From: Dehalococcoidia bacterium
GTDB taxonomy: Bacteria > Chloroflexota > Dehalococcoidia > GIF9 > UBA5629
Direction of reading: 5' to 3'
NCBI GenBank assembly: GCA_050011565.1
Contig: JBEKIW010000003.1
Location: 32,001 to 96,000, forward strand
DNA: 64,000 nucleotides
The notes beneath the pieces are model-generated. The model searched no databases. It was not told the origin of the DNA and saw only the letters and a program-made list of their open reading frames with translations. A program made the translations under genes and the position numbers. Shown here in pieces: positions 17,086-27,663 of the stretch. Each line of letters starts with the position of its first letter. Positions within the stretch are counted from its first letter, which is position 1.

Positions 17086-19668
17086 TTATTCACCTGGTTT
17101 CAAGACAAGCTGGTCAACTGCGGCTTTCTCTACTTGTTCCCGTGTCCAAAGCATCGGATGATATTTTATGTTGCGCCAGAGGTCAATCATATCGTCATAA
17201 TGCTGGCTATATGGATGACCGCTCTGCCCGGTAGTGTGAATGGTAACACTATTTGTGAAGTCGCTCAGGTCAACAATCATGCGCATAGACGGCACCCATT
17301 TTACCGAAAAGTCGCCGGAGTCAGTGTACCATACGGTGTTATTCACAGTGCCTGTACTGCCGCCGGTTGGAAATGGGCCACGATTAACCATTTTCTCAAT
17401 CAAACCGATGCCACTCTGCCCCAATGGATTACTGACAAAGACCGCTTTATGAAGGTCGCCCCATCTCCAGTTAGTACGGTCTTTGCCCAGCGATGCCACA
17501 GTGCTGTAATAAGCTTCACTAAAAGAGCGAACCAGTATATCATCACGCGTTTCGACCATATCTTTGGTTGTTATGTCATCCCACCAGGCATTATTTGGCT
17601 CAGCCATTAACAGAAACACTGCCCACATTTCCCTACCTCCGCCATGAATTATCATTTCTTTAGTCAATTGGTCATCGAACAGGTTGTTGACCAATTTCGC
17701 CCAGAATTCGGCATAAAGTGCAGCTTGCGGGTTGTCCATGTCACACTGAAAATTCCATTTAAGCAGCCAATCGCGAGCTTCAGTCAGCTCAGCGTTATCG
17801 AACTTCAGATTTGCGAGGTACGGTAACAACTCCTCTGCGCTAATAAGTTTATTATCACCTTGAATAGCCTCAAAGGTGGCAATGGTATGAGGTGCCTTCT
17901 CTTTCAGCAATTCAACAGCTCTTTGGGCTCTATAGCCGTAATCCCATTCACTGCTGATGGTATAATTTAGCCCCTCACCTAGCTTTGTCGCTAGCTGGTC
18001 ATAATATTCCGGCGGGACCACAGCCTGGTTTGATGTAGCAATGTAACCACGTTCCGGGTTAAAAATACGGGGTAAATCATCGAAAGGAATAAAGCCCTTC
18101 CACTCAAACTCATCAGTCCAGCCTGGGGAAGGCACCAGCCCGCTGTCATTCTTGGCGCGTATTGGAATACGCCCGGGCGTCTGGTAACCGATATTGCCCT
18201 TAACATCTGCATAAACAAAGTTCTGTGCTGGAACATCCCAATACCGCAGAGCGTTGCGGAATTCCTCCCAGTTGGTAGCCATATTTAATTGTGTAATCGA
18301 CTGCATCAGTGTGCTCGGTTCCAGAGCCGTCCAGCGCAATGCCAGCGGGTCTTCATTATTGAAGCCCGTGATGTTGCCAGTTTGTTTATCTATTTTGTTA
18401 TCATTAATGATTGGGCCAAGATGCGTTTCACGCACTTTGACAGTGATTGGTTCTTTGCCATCTCCAAACATAATAGTTTCCTCGCGCAATGTCATGTCAC
18501 GCCATTTACCGTTCCACTCATATTGGAGCGGATTAGCTGGATTAACATGAATGCTATACAAATCAAAAACATCGGGGCCGACGTTGGTCACCCCCCAAGC
18601 AATAGAGTTGTTGTGCCCTATTATGACTCCCGGCGTAACCGCAAATGTAAAGCCCACTATATCCAAAGCGGATTCTCCATTGGCGGGGCGATAGTGCAAG
18701 CCGATTTCATACCAGATAGATGGCATCTGAATGCCAAGGTGAGGGTCATTAGCTAGTAGCGGCATACCGCTTTTCGTCATCTTGCCGCTAACTACCCAGT
18801 TATTGCTACCTATGCCTTCACCTGGGTCGAATACCAGACTAATTGAGGGCAACGGATTATTGGCAACCAGCATGCCCGTATCAGTGCATTTCTTTTCACC
18901 CGCAATTTGAGCATTTCCTGTTCGGCCAGAGATAGGCAAATCCTCCGGTTGGACTATAGTCGGCCTGGTGCCGTAGGGCCAGGGTGGCGTTAACAACTGG
19001 TCAGCCATCTCCTGCCCCAGAAGTTCGTAGAGCGTGGCACGGTCCTCCTCATTGTTCTCACTAGGTCCCAAATCCCACGCCATCATTTTGGCAAATACTA
19101 AGGAGTCAACGGGTGTCCACGGCTCAATTTTTATTTTAATACCTGTAAGCCCGAGTATACTGTATTCCAAGGCCAGCTTACCTGGCTCACGGTTCATAAT
19201 GTAAGCATTGACGCCATCAGTAAAAGCTTGTAAGCGGGTTAGAGCCTCCTTGTCACAGACTTTTACTTCTTGCTCAGCCACCTGCCGCCAACCGAGGGTA
19301 CGAATAAAGATATCTGTACTAAGTACGCTGTCTTTTTTACCGACCAGTTCTTCGATTTTGCCACTGCCAACATGGCGCCAGAACTCCATCTGCCACCATC
19401 GGTCCTGAGCCTGTGTGTATCCTTGAGCGAAGAACAGGTCATGCATATTGTTGGCATAGATATGTGGAATACCCCACTCATCACGCAAGATTTCCACAGT
19501 ATCCTGTAGCCCGGCCACGTTTAATTCCCCATTATGCTGCGGTAGCGGTGCCCTGGTCACGTTGTAAAACCAGGCGTAGCCAGCAATCACGGGCAGTATG
19601 ATAATAACCCCAATAATTGGTAAAACAATTTGAACAATCTTCTTAGAGCGAGCTTTTTTCATCATCAA
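17086..19668 (-). CDS. Penicillin acylase / AHL-acylase family Ntn-hydrolase with an N-terminal TM
   Basis: RDEWGIPHIYA, AQGY.QAQDR, GSNNWV autocleavage site, ANDPHL, GQSGHP.S.HY.D. Confidence 0.92.
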   Translation of the reverse strand: MMMKKARSKKIVQIVLPIIGVIIILPVIAGYAWFYNVTRAPLPQHNGELNVAGLQDTVEILRDEWGIPHIYANNMHDLFFAQGYTQAQDRWWQMEFWRHVGSGKIEELVGKKDSVLSTDIFIRTLGWRQVAEQEVKVCDKEALTRLQAFTDGVNAYIMNREPGKLALEYSILGLTGIKIKIEPWTPVDSLVFAKMMAWDLGPSENNEEDRATLYELLGQEMADQLLTPPWPYGTRPTIVQPEDLPISGRTGNAQIAGEKKCTDTGMLVANNPLPSISLVFDPGEGIGSNNWVVSGKMTKSGMPLLANDPHLGIQMPSIWYEIGLHYRPANGESALDIVGFTFAVTPGVIIGHNNSIAWGVTNVGPDVFDLYSIHVNPANPLQYEWNGKWRDMTLREETIMFGDGKEPITVKVRETHLGPIINDNKIDKQTGNITGFNNEDPLALRWTALEPSTLMQSITQLNMATNWEEFRNALRYWDVPAQNFVYADVKGNIGYQTPGRIPIRAKNDSGLVPSPGWTDEFEWKGFIPFDDLPRIFNPERGYIATSNQAVVPPEYYDQLATKLGEGLNYTISSEWDYGYRAQRAVELLKEKAPHTIATFEAIQGDNKLISAEELLPYLANLKFDNAELTEARDWLLKWNFQCDMDNPQAALYAEFWAKLVNNLFDDQLTKEMIIHGGGREMWAVFLLMAEPNNAWWDDITTKDMVETRDDILVRSFSEAYYSTVASLGKDRTNWRWGDLHKAVFVSNPLGQSGIGLIEKMVNRGPFPTGGSTGTVNNTVWYTDSGDFSVKWVPSMRMIVDLSDFTNSVTIHTTGQSGHPYSQHYDDMIDLWRNIKYHPMLWTREQVEKAAVDQLVLKPGE

Positions 19669-19888
19669 CCTCCTTTATAATAGCAATCCCAGGCCTTTTT
19701 AAAAGATGCAAAGCTTGCTTTTTGCCCATTCTAATCAATTCGCTTTGCCATTACAATTATCCAACATCAAAAATCATTGCTTCCGAGAAACACTTAGACC
19801 GATTGCGCACAAACACGCTATCTTGTGCAGCCTCTCATAACGACCCGTCATCTTATTTAATGACGCACTTTACGCCGTCGCTAATCGT

Positions 19889-19917
19889 TTGCCTCATACA
19901 AGCTGGACTGCTATACT
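19889..19917 (+). promoter_or_regulatory. gatB promoter
   Basis: TTGCCT, 17 bp, TATACT; an equivalent copy is conserved at 16771-16799. Confidence 0.6.
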
Positions 19918-19927
19918 AACCGACGTT

Positions 19928-21400
19928 GTGGACTACGAGATTATCATAGGGCTGGAGGTGCATGCCCAACTGCTGACCAAGAGCAAGATGTACTGCTCCT
20001 GCAGCGCCGATTATGCCAATGCGCCGCCTAATACACACGTCTGCCCCATCTGCCTGGGTATGCCCGGCGTGCTGCCCACAATCAACGAGAAGGCGATAGA
20101 ATATACGGTGATGACTGCCCTGGCCCTCAACTGCACCATCGCCGAACATGCCAAGTTCGACCGCAAGAACTATCCTTACCCCGATTTGATGAAGGGCTAT
20201 CAAATTTCACAGTACGATGCGCCAATGAGTAAGAACGGCTGGCTGATGATTGACCTCGACGGCAACAAAAAGAGAATCGGCATTACACGCGTGCACCTGG
20301 AAGAGGACGTGGCCAAGCTGACTCACTGCACCTCGCCGGAGGGCGAAACTTACAGCCTGGTGGACGTCAACCGCTCCGGCGTGCCATTGATGGAAATCGT
20401 CGGCGAGCCGGATATCAGCTCACCGGAGGAGGCCAGGCAGTACCTGATGAAGCTGCGCACTATTCTCCAGTACCTGGGCGTGTCCACAGGCAATATGGAA
20501 GAGGGGAGCTTCAGATGTGATGCCAATATCAGCATCCGCCCCAGGGGTACCAAGGAATATCTGTCCAAGGTAGAGGTCAAGAACATGAATAGCTTCAAAG
20601 CCGTCTACCGGGCGCTGGACTATGAGGCTAAACGCCAGCACGAGGTGCTGGAAAAAGGCGGTAAGCTGGTGCAGGAGACGCGCGGCTGGGTAGAACCGAA
20701 AGGCATAACCGTGAGTCAGAGAAGCAAGGAATATGCACATGACTACCGCTACTTTCCCGAGCCTGATTTGCCGCCGCTGGTCTTCAGCAAGAAATGGGTG
20801 GAGGAAATAAGGTCGCGACTGCCCGAGTTGCCCGACGTCAGGCGGGACCGCTTTATGTCTCAGTACGGACTGCCGCTTTACGACGCCACCCTGCTGGTAG
20901 ATTCCAAATCCATGGCTAACTACTTCGAGGATTGCGTTAAGCTGATGGGCGCTTCCAACGGGGCCGACCTGCCTAAAAAAGCAAAGACGGTAAGCAACTG
21001 GCTGCTGGGGGACTTTCTCAGGCTGCTCAACGCCAGCAATACCAGTATCGAGAATACCAGGGTCAGCCCCAAGCATCTGGCGGAGATGCTGAATTTGGCC
21101 GAAAAAGGAACGCTCAGCGGGCCGGCGGCTAAAGCCGTCTTCGAAGAGATGTTCCTCAGCGGCAAGAAAGCCGCAGACATCGTGGCCGAGAAGGGCTTGA
21201 GCCAGATAAGCAGCTCGGAGGAACTTGAGAAAATAGTGGCCGAGGTGATAGCCGGCAACAGCCAGGCGGTCTCTGACTATGCGTCAGGGAAGCCGCAGGC
21301 GCTGGCGTTTCTAATCGGCCAGGTGATGAAAGCTACCAAGGGGCGGGCGAATCCCGCCACAGCCAGGGATATCCTGTTACATAAGCTCGGAGGGAAATAG
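19928..21400 (+). CDS. gatB: Asp/Glu-tRNA amidotransferase subunit B
   Basis: [45 protein letters not shown]; GTG start at 19928. Confidence 0.97.
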   Translation: MDYEIIIGLEVHAQLLTKSKMYCSCSADYANAPPNTHVCPICLGMPGVLPTINEKAIEYTVMTALALNCTIAEHAKFDRKNYPYPDLMKGYQISQYDAPMSKNGWLMIDLDGNKKRIGITRVHLEEDVAKLTHCTSPEGETYSLVDVNRSGVPLMEIVGEPDISSPEEARQYLMKLRTILQYLGVSTGNMEEGSFRCDANISIRPRGTKEYLSKVEVKNMNSFKAVYRALDYEAKRQHEVLEKGGKLVQETRGWVEPKGITVSQRSKEYAHDYRYFPEPDLPPLVFSKKWVEEIRSRLPELPDVRRDRFMSQYGLPLYDATLLVDSKSMANYFEDCVKLMGASNGADLPKKAKTVSNWLLGDFLRLLNASNTSIENTRVSPKHLAEMLNLAEKGTLSGPAAKAVFEEMFLSGKKAADIVAEKGLSQISSSEELEKIVAEVIAGNSQAVSDYASGKPQALAFLIGQVMKATKGRANPATARDILLHKLGGK

Positions 21401-21401
21401 A

Positions 21402-21620
21402 ATGACTACTTATTTACTTATTGCCCAGTGCGTGGTCGCTGCAGCCATGATTGCCGTAGTTACCATGCAGGTGCGCGGCGGCGGGCTGGGAGGTATTTTC
21501 GGACAGCCGGAAAGCGTCTACCGGACGCGGCGCGGCGTTGAGAAAAGCCTGTTCCAGTTCACCATCGGCTTGACCATTATATTTGTCATACTCTGCGTCT
21601 GGATAGTGGCAATTGAGTAG
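21402..21620 (+). CDS. secG: Preprotein translocase subunit SecG
   Basis: Q.RGGGLGGIFG...RTRRGVEK.L with two TMs. Confidence 0.88.
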   Translation: MTTYLLIAQCVVAAAMIAVVTMQVRGGGLGGIFGQPESVYRTRRGVEKSLFQFTIGLTIIFVILCVWIVAIE

Positions 21621-21627
21621 TAAGATA

Positions 21628-21741
21628 TCACCCTCACCCTCACCCTCACCCTCACCCTAACCCTATCCCGTACCCCTTATCCCAGCGGGAGTAAATCCTC
21701 GCTGGATGCCTGCCCACCCCACCTCCCAAGGGAGAGGGGAT
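21628..21741. repeat. Family-1 repeat with an expanded (TCACCC)n tract and the 42-bp nested sub-element
   Basis: Five TCACCC units, then cctaaccctatccc...gggagaggg with 21678-21719 inserted. Confidence 0.8.
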
Positions 21742-21766
21742 AAACCGGTATACGGATAAGGAAGAT

Positions 21767-22597
21767 ATGGCTCCAGTCATCACTTTGACCACTGATTTCG
21801 GCACTAGCGATGCCTATGTGGCCAGTATGAAGGGCGTCATACTGAGCCTGAACCCCAAAGCGGTCATCGTCGATATCTCCCATGCCGTCGAACCACATAA
21901 CGTCCTGCAGGCAGCCTTCATACTCAGCACCGCCTATCCCTATTTCCCAAAAGGAACAATACATTTGGCCGTAGTCGACCCGGGCGTGGGCAGCCGGCGG
22001 AAAGCCATCATACTTAAAACGCCGGCAGCCTTCTTCGTGGCGCCGGATAACGGCATATTAAGCTACGTAATAGACGAGCACGGCAAAACACCGGGTAAGC
22101 CAGCCCGCCATATACCTGCCATCGCCGAACCGCGTAAACTACCGCCGGGTCTGGAGGCAATGGCTATAACCAACCCTGAATACTGGCATCACCCGGTAAG
22201 CAGCACCTTCCACGGGCGGGATATTTTCGCACCCGTGGCCGCCCACCTGTCGCTGGGCGTGCCGCTGCATAAGTTCGGAGACAGACTGAGTCAGGTTCAC
22301 GTCTTCAATATACCACGACCCTACAAAAACGCCCAGGGCGACTTAATCGGCCGTGTGCTGCACGTAGACAACTTCGGCAACCTGATTACCAATATCAGGA
22401 GCAGCGATTTGCCAGCGGAAAAAGTTACCATAGCCATCGGCAAGCAGTATATACATGGTATCAGCCAGTTCTACGCCGGGACGAAAGGTCTGGCAGCTAT
22501 TACGGGCAGCAGCGGTTATCTGGAGATATCGCTGAAGAACGGCAGCGCCGCCGCATTTTTGAAGTCAAAGGCGGGGGACGAATTGAGGTTGGAATAA
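21767..22597 (+). CDS. SAM hydroxide adenosyltransferase / chlorinase-fluorinase family (DUF62)
   Basis: ITLTTDFG, VVDPGVGS.R, APDNG, STFHGRDIFAP, DNFGN motifs. Confidence 0.92.
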   Translation: MAPVITLTTDFGTSDAYVASMKGVILSLNPKAVIVDISHAVEPHNVLQAAFILSTAYPYFPKGTIHLAVVDPGVGSRRKAIILKTPAAFFVAPDNGILSYVIDEHGKTPGKPARHIPAIAEPRKLPPGLEAMAITNPEYWHHPVSSTFHGRDIFAPVAAHLSLGVPLHKFGDRLSQVHVFNIPRPYKNAQGDLIGRVLHVDNFGNLITNIRSSDLPAEKVTIAIGKQYIHGISQFYAGTKGLAAITGSSGYLEISLKNGSAAAFLKSKAGDELRLE

Positions 22598-22704
22598 AAT
22601 CCCCCTTAATCCCCCTTTTTCTAAGGGGGAGATTTATGGTGGACCTTTTCCAAAGGGGGAACAAAGCCTCTCCCTTTCATAAAGGGAGATTGAGAGGGAT
22701 TTTT
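22597..22704. repeat. Family-1 palindromic repeat between convergent genes
   Basis: aaatcccccttaatcccccttttt...aaggggg...cctctccctttcataaagggagattgagagggatttt. Confidence 0.85.
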
Positions 22705-22713
22705 AATCTAGTG

Positions 22714-24150
22714 CTACAGGCTTCGCTTCCAGATGGTGCCTTTGGGCGTGTCTTCGAGGGCAATTCCCAGCCCGGTGAGGCGCTGCCGCACCATATCGGC
22801 CAGCTGCCACTGCTTGGCTTTACGCAGCTTTTCACGGGTCTCAATCAGCAGCTGAATAAGCTGCGCGACCTCCATCTCAGAGTCGTGTTTTGGCGTCTGA
22901 TTAAACTGGCTGCTGAGCTCGCTCAGGAGCGTAATAAAAGGTCCGGACTCGAGCGGCGGCTTCTTCGGCTCCTCCAGTGTGAAACCGAGCACCCCCATTA
23001 ATTCTCTCAATGTATTCTGAGCCGCGGCTACATCGCATTTCTCTTCACGTCCGCGGTTTATCTCTCTGGCCAGTTCGAACAGCGCCGCCAGTGCCTGCGC
23101 CGTGTTGAAGTCATCATCCATGCTGCCGGTAAACCGGCTTTTATACGGCTCAGCATCGAGGACGCTGCCGTCAGCCTTTCCGCCGTCTGTGGCAGCCTGT
23201 CGCAGCCTTTCCATGCCGGACTCGGCGGCTTTCACTACTTCTTCACTGTAAGTCAGCGGGCTGCGGTAATGAGAGCTGAGTATAAACAGCCGGAGAGCGT
23301 CGGGGCTGTAGCGCTCCAGAGCCTGCTTTACGGTTATCAGGTTGCCCAGCGACTTGCTCATCTTATTCTCACCCAATTGCAGCAGGCCGTTATGCAGCCA
23401 GTGCCGGACAAAGGGCACCACGCCGGTGAAGCTTTCGGACTGGGTTATCTCGTTCTCATGATGCGGAAATATAAGGTCCAGCCCGCCGCCATGTATGTCA
23501 AGGGTTTTGCCGAGGTATTTCAAGGCCATGGCGCTGCATTCTATATGCCACCCCGGCCTGCCCTGCCCCCAGGGACTCGGCCAGAAAGGCTCTCCCGGCT
23601 TGGCCGCCTTCCATAAGGCGAAGTCCAGCGGGAATTCCTTATCGCCCTCTTCAGCCGAACCGCGAGACAGCATGTCGTCCAGTTCCTGGCGGGACAGCTT
23701 GCCGTAGCCGGGGAAGTTTTTCACCCGGAAATAGACGCTGCCTCCCGAGTCATAGGCAAATCCTTTGTCTATCAGTCCCTGTATGACTTCGATTATCTTG
23801 GGTATTTCCTCGGTCGCCCTGGGGTAGACGTGGGCGCGCATAATATTCAAAGCATCCATGTCTTTGAAATATTCGTTGATATATTTCTCAGCCAGCTCGG
23901 TTGAGGAAATCCCCAGCTGGTTGGCCCGGTTTATAATCTTGTCATCGATATCGGTAAAGTTCTGGACATGCTTTACCTTGTAACCTCTAAACTCGAGATA
24001 GCGCCGGATGGCGTCGAATATAACGTAGCTCATGGCGTGCCCGATGTGGCATTCGTCATAAACGGTTACGCCGCAGATATACATATTTACCGTTTTTCCT
24101 TCGGGCTTAAACTCTGTTTTCTGCCCCGACAGCGTATCAAATACTTTCAT
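22714..24150 (-). CDS. cysS: Cysteine--tRNA ligase
   Basis: CGVTVYD..HIGH, GRPGWHIECS, KMSKS motifs. Confidence 0.97.
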   Translation of the reverse strand: MKVFDTLSGQKTEFKPEGKTVNMYICGVTVYDECHIGHAMSYVIFDAIRRYLEFRGYKVKHVQNFTDIDDKIINRANQLGISSTELAEKYINEYFKDMDALNIMRAHVYPRATEEIPKIIEVIQGLIDKGFAYDSGGSVYFRVKNFPGYGKLSRQELDDMLSRGSAEEGDKEFPLDFALWKAAKPGEPFWPSPWGQGRPGWHIECSAMALKYLGKTLDIHGGGLDLIFPHHENEITQSESFTGVVPFVRHWLHNGLLQLGENKMSKSLGNLITVKQALERYSPDALRLFILSSHYRSPLTYSEEVVKAAESGMERLRQAATDGGKADGSVLDAEPYKSRFTGSMDDDFNTAQALAALFELAREINRGREEKCDVAAAQNTLRELMGVLGFTLEEPKKPPLESGPFITLLSELSSQFNQTPKHDSEMEVAQLIQLLIETREKLRKAKQWQLADMVRQRLTGLGIALEDTPKGTIWKRSL

Positions 24151-24165
24151 TCGTTTCTCCGAAGG

Positions 24166-24822
24166 CTAACGTTTATTCGTTGGTCTCTTTTTGGGCTGCG
24201 TCTTTTTCAATGCACTCTCCAGCTCGGCAACCTTCTTTTCCAGGGCCTCGAGCTTTTCCCAGACCGGGTCAGGCAATTTCTCCACAGTTTCGGTATCAGG
24301 ATTACGGACTTCAACCACGCGACCGGGAACACCGACGACAGTGGCATGGGGCGGCACTGAGGTTACCACCACGGAACCGGCGCCAACTTTTACATTGTCG
24401 CCGATGGTGATAGCGCCGATAAGCTTCGACCCGGCACCGACGACCACATTGTTGCCCAGCGTTGGATGCCGCTTCTTCTTCAGCAGGCTGGTACCGCCCA
24501 GGGTAACTCCCTGGTACAGGGCAACATTGTCCCCGATTTCAGACGTCTCGCCGATGACCACGCCCATGCCGTGGTCGATAAAAAATCCCTCGCCGATTTG
24601 AGCACCGGGGTGTATTTCAATTCCGGTAAAAAAACGGCCCAGATGTGAAACAAAGCGAGGGAAAAAGGGTACATGCCAGTTCCATAGGGTGTGAGACAGG
24701 CGATGGAACTGCCGGGCATGAAAGCCGGGATAAGCAAAAAAGATTTCCCAGGCATTTTTAGCCGCCGGGTCATGCTCGTAGACCGCCTGTACGTCCCTGC
24801 GAATACTTCTGTATAGATTCAT
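24166..24822 (-). CDS. cysE: Serine O-acetyltransferase
   Basis: [32 protein letters not shown] motifs. Confidence 0.95.
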   Translation of the reverse strand: MNLYRSIRRDVQAVYEHDPAAKNAWEIFFAYPGFHARQFHRLSHTLWNWHVPFFPRFVSHLGRFFTGIEIHPGAQIGEGFFIDHGMGVVIGETSEIGDNVALYQGVTLGGTSLLKKKRHPTLGNNVVVGAGSKLIGAITIGDNVKVGAGSVVVTSVPPHATVVGVPGRVVEVRNPDTETVEKLPDPVWEKLEALEKKVAELESALKKTQPKKRPTNKR

Positions 24823-24859
24823 TAAATTTTCCTATTCACCTGTCTGTTAGAGTGAGCGG

Positions 24860-24989
24860 GAAAATCCCCCTTAATCCCCCTTTTTCAAAGGGGGAAACAA
24901 ACCTCTCCCTTTCGTAAAGGGAGATTGAGAGGGATTTTTCTCAAGTCTCACCCTCACCTTAATCCTCTCCCGTCAAGGGAGAGGGAATA
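24860..24989. repeat. Composite family-1 palindromic repeat
   Basis: Near copy of 22597-22704 followed by tcaccctcaccttaatcctctcccgtcaagggagaggg. Confidence 0.85.
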
Positions 24990-25011
24990 GATTATGACAG
25001 TTTGAAATAGT

Positions 25012-25485
25012 TTATTTCTCCTCCACCAGGGCCACGGCGTAGGCAGCCATACCCTCTCCTCTGCCGGCAAAACCCAAACCATCTGTGGTTGTCGCCTTGA
25101 CCATCACCTGTTCCAAATTGATACCCAGTCTCCGGCTGATGAGGCGGCGCATGTCCTCGATGAAAGGCGATATTTTGGGCTGCTGGGCGACGATAACCAC
25201 GTCTAGGTTTACCACGACAAGACCTTTATCCCAGAGTAGCTTATTGACCTCATCCAGCAAAACCAGGCTGGAAATATCTTTATATTTAGGGTCTTCCGGT
25301 GGGAACTGGCTGCCGATATCCCGCAGTCCGGCGGCGCCGAGCAGAGCGTCCATAATAGCGTGGGTCAACACGTCGGCGTCGCTGTGGCCGGATAGCCCTT
25401 TATCAAACGGAACCTCCACTCCGCCCAGAATTAACCTTCGCCCGGTTACCAGCTTATGTACGTCGTACCCAATTCCGGCTCGCAT
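25012..25485 (-). CDS. ispF: 2-C-methyl-D-erythritol 2,4-cyclodiphosphate synthase
   Basis: GIGYDVH, GHSDADV..HA..DA, KATT.DGLG; ATG at 25485. Confidence 0.95.
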   Translation of the reverse strand: MRAGIGYDVHKLVTGRRLILGGVEVPFDKGLSGHSDADVLTHAIMDALLGAAGLRDIGSQFPPEDPKYKDISSLVLLDEVNKLLWDKGLVVVNLDVVIVAQQPKISPFIEDMRRLISRRLGINLEQVMVKATTTDGLGFAGRGEGMAAYAVALVEEK

Positions 25486-25486
25486 G

Positions 25487-26167
25487 CTATTTCTTCCCGG
25501 CAATAAGCTCAGCTAAAGCCAGGTCCTCTGGAGTGGTTATCTTTATGTTGTTATAAGAACCCATATAGAGCCTTACCTTGCGTCCCAGATGCTCGACCAT
25601 ACTGGCATCATCGGTAACATCCTCTTTTACCTGCTCATGAGCTTCAGCTATTATATCAAAGCGGAAAATCTGTGGCGTCTGCACCGCCCACAATTCCTGG
25701 CGATTGAGCGTTCTGCTGACCATCATGTCGCTGCCGCCTAGTTTAACGGTATCCTTAATGGGAACCGCGGCCACTGCTGCCCCTGTTGCCTGAGCCGCGT
25801 CCAGACCGTCACCAATTAAGTCTGCGGTTAAGAAGGGACGGGCGCCGTCATGAATTATTATCCAGTCGCAATCCTCAAGCTCATTCAGCCCCTGTCTGAC
25901 CGAGTCCTGCCTCCGCTTGCCGCCGGCACATATCTCCACTACCTTTGACCAGCTCCTGTCTTTAGCCAGTCCACGCCCTAAGTCCAGTTTGGTCTCATTC
26001 AGAACGATGGCTATCTGGTCGACCAGTTTGCAACTTTGGCAGAAATCAACCGACCAGGCCAGCAAAGGTTTCCCAGCCAGAGACATAAAAACTTTGTCCC
26101 TGCCCATGCGCCGGCTGCTGCCGGCGCCGACAATAACAATTCCCGTTTTAGGCTTGCGGCTCTTCAT
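25487..26167 (-). CDS. ispD: 2-C-methyl-D-erythritol 4-phosphate cytidylyltransferase
   Basis: GAGSSRRMG..K, RQDSV, HDGARP, QTPQ, TDD, NIKITTPEDL motifs. Confidence 0.95.
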   Translation of the reverse strand: MKSRKPKTGIVIVGAGSSRRMGRDKVFMSLAGKPLLAWSVDFCQSCKLVDQIAIVLNETKLDLGRGLAKDRSWSKVVEICAGGKRRQDSVRQGLNELEDCDWIIIHDGARPFLTADLIGDGLDAAQATGAAVAAVPIKDTVKLGGSDMMVSRTLNRQELWAVQTPQIFRFDIIAEAHEQVKEDVTDDASMVEHLGRKVRLYMGSYNNIKITTPEDLALAELIAGKK

Positions 26168-27557
26168 TTGATTCCGACTTCTTCTGTGGCCTGATAAGGC
26201 CCAGCCTGAGCGCTTGAGCTACCGTACTTGCGGTCAATAACTCAACACCTTTCACCTGGAACGAGGGCTTGGATGCAGTCTCAGGTATGAGGCAACGCTT
26301 AAAACCCAGCCTGGCGGTTTCGGCAAGCCGTCTTTCCATCTGCGGCACCGGCCTTAGCTCACCGCTGAGCCCGACCTCACCCAGAGCCACAAGGCCCTGG
26401 GCAACCCGGGCATCCCGGTGACTTGAGGCAATTGCCAGCGCGATACCCAAATCCGCGGCCGGCTCGCCGATATGCATACCGCCGATAACATTGGTTATGA
26501 TATCCTGATTGGACAGATTGATACCGGCGCGTCGGCTAAGCACCGCCGCTATCAGGAGCAGCCGGTTGAAGTCGACTCCGTTAGCTATGCGGCGCGGGGG
26601 ACCGAAGCCGGTCATGGTCGTTAACGCCTGAATTTCCACCAGCAGCGGGCGGCTGCCCTCGAAGGTGGGCACTACCATCGAGCCTACCGCGCCGTCGCGA
26701 TGGGACGCCAGAAAAGCTTCCGATGGATTAGCCACCTCTATTAAACCGCCGCCGCTCATCTCGAAAACACCGACCTCGTTGGTGGAGCCGAAGCGGTTCT
26801 TGGTGCTTCTCAATATCCGGTAGCTGGAGAAGGTCTCGCCCTCCAGATAAAGGACTACGTCGACAATGTGCTCCAATACCCTGGGTCCGGCAATGGCGCC
26901 GTCTTTGGTTACATGCCCGGTGATAAGGACGGGAATACCGGCTCGCTTGGCCCAGCGCATAAGTCTCAAGGTGCATTCACGTATCTGGCCGACGCTGCCC
27001 GAGGCACCGGTTAAGTCCTCGATATATACGGTCTGTATGGAATCCACAACCACCAGATTCGGTGACAGCTCGCCCAAGCGTCCCAGGATAACCTCGAGGT
27101 TAGTCTCCGGCAGCAGGTAAAGCCTGTCGCCGGCCACTCCCAGACGCTCCGACCTCAGCTTTATCTGGTGGGCTGACTCCTCGCCGGAAACATATACCAC
27201 CCTGCCTCCAGCCTTAGCCACTGCCGCCGAAGCCTGTAACAGCAGTGTGGACTTTCCGATGCCCGGGTCGCCGCCGACAAGGACTAAAGAACCCGTTACC
27301 ATTCCGCCACCGAGCACGCGGTTGAACTCAGTAAACGGGAAGCTCAGCCGGGGATGGGTCTCAGTTTTCAGCTTGGAAAGCTCCTGAGGAGCGTTCTCTT
27401 CTGAAGGCAGCCAGGTCGTGGCTTCAGTGGTGACGGTGACAACGGTTTCTACGAAGCTATTCCATTCTCGGCAGCCGGGGCAGCGACCTAACCACTTAGG
27501 ACTTTCTTTACCGCACTGCTGGCAAACAAAGACGCTTTTAGACTTAGGCTTAGTCAA
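26148..27557 (-). CDS. radA: DNA repair protein RadA/Sms
   Basis: C4 zinc finger, GDPGIGKST, KNRFG; probable TTG start at 27557. Confidence 0.96.
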   Translation of the reverse strand: MTKPKSKSVFVCQQCGKESPKWLGRCPGCREWNSFVETVVTVTTEATTWLPSEENAPQELSKLKTETHPRLSFPFTEFNRVLGGGMVTGSLVLVGGDPGIGKSTLLLQASAAVAKAGGRVVYVSGEESAHQIKLRSERLGVAGDRLYLLPETNLEVILGRLGELSPNLVVVDSIQTVYIEDLTGASGSVGQIRECTLRLMRWAKRAGIPVLITGHVTKDGAIAGPRVLEHIVDVVLYLEGETFSSYRILRSTKNRFGSTNEVGVFEMSGGGLIEVANPSEAFLASHRDGAVGSMVVPTFEGSRPLLVEIQALTTMTGFGPPRRIANGVDFNRLLLIAAVLSRRAGINLSNQDIITNVIGGMHIGEPAADLGIALAIASSHRDARVAQGLVALGEVGLSGELRPVPQMERRLAETARLGFKRCLIPETASKPSFQVKGVELLTASTVAQALRLGLIRPQKKSESNEEPQA

Positions 27558-27663
27558 ATTACCGGACCTCAATTAATCTGGAACCACCATATTATATCTT
27601 TTACTGCTATTGGGAGACACCCTTCCGCGGAAAAATACCGCGGCAACCTCACTTTTCCCGCAT

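Noticed and set aside
24823-25011. T-box leader for cysE-cysS (also checked upstream of glyQS)
   Set aside because: No T-box consensus (GGTGGNACCGCG) was seen; the region is filled by family-1 repeats.
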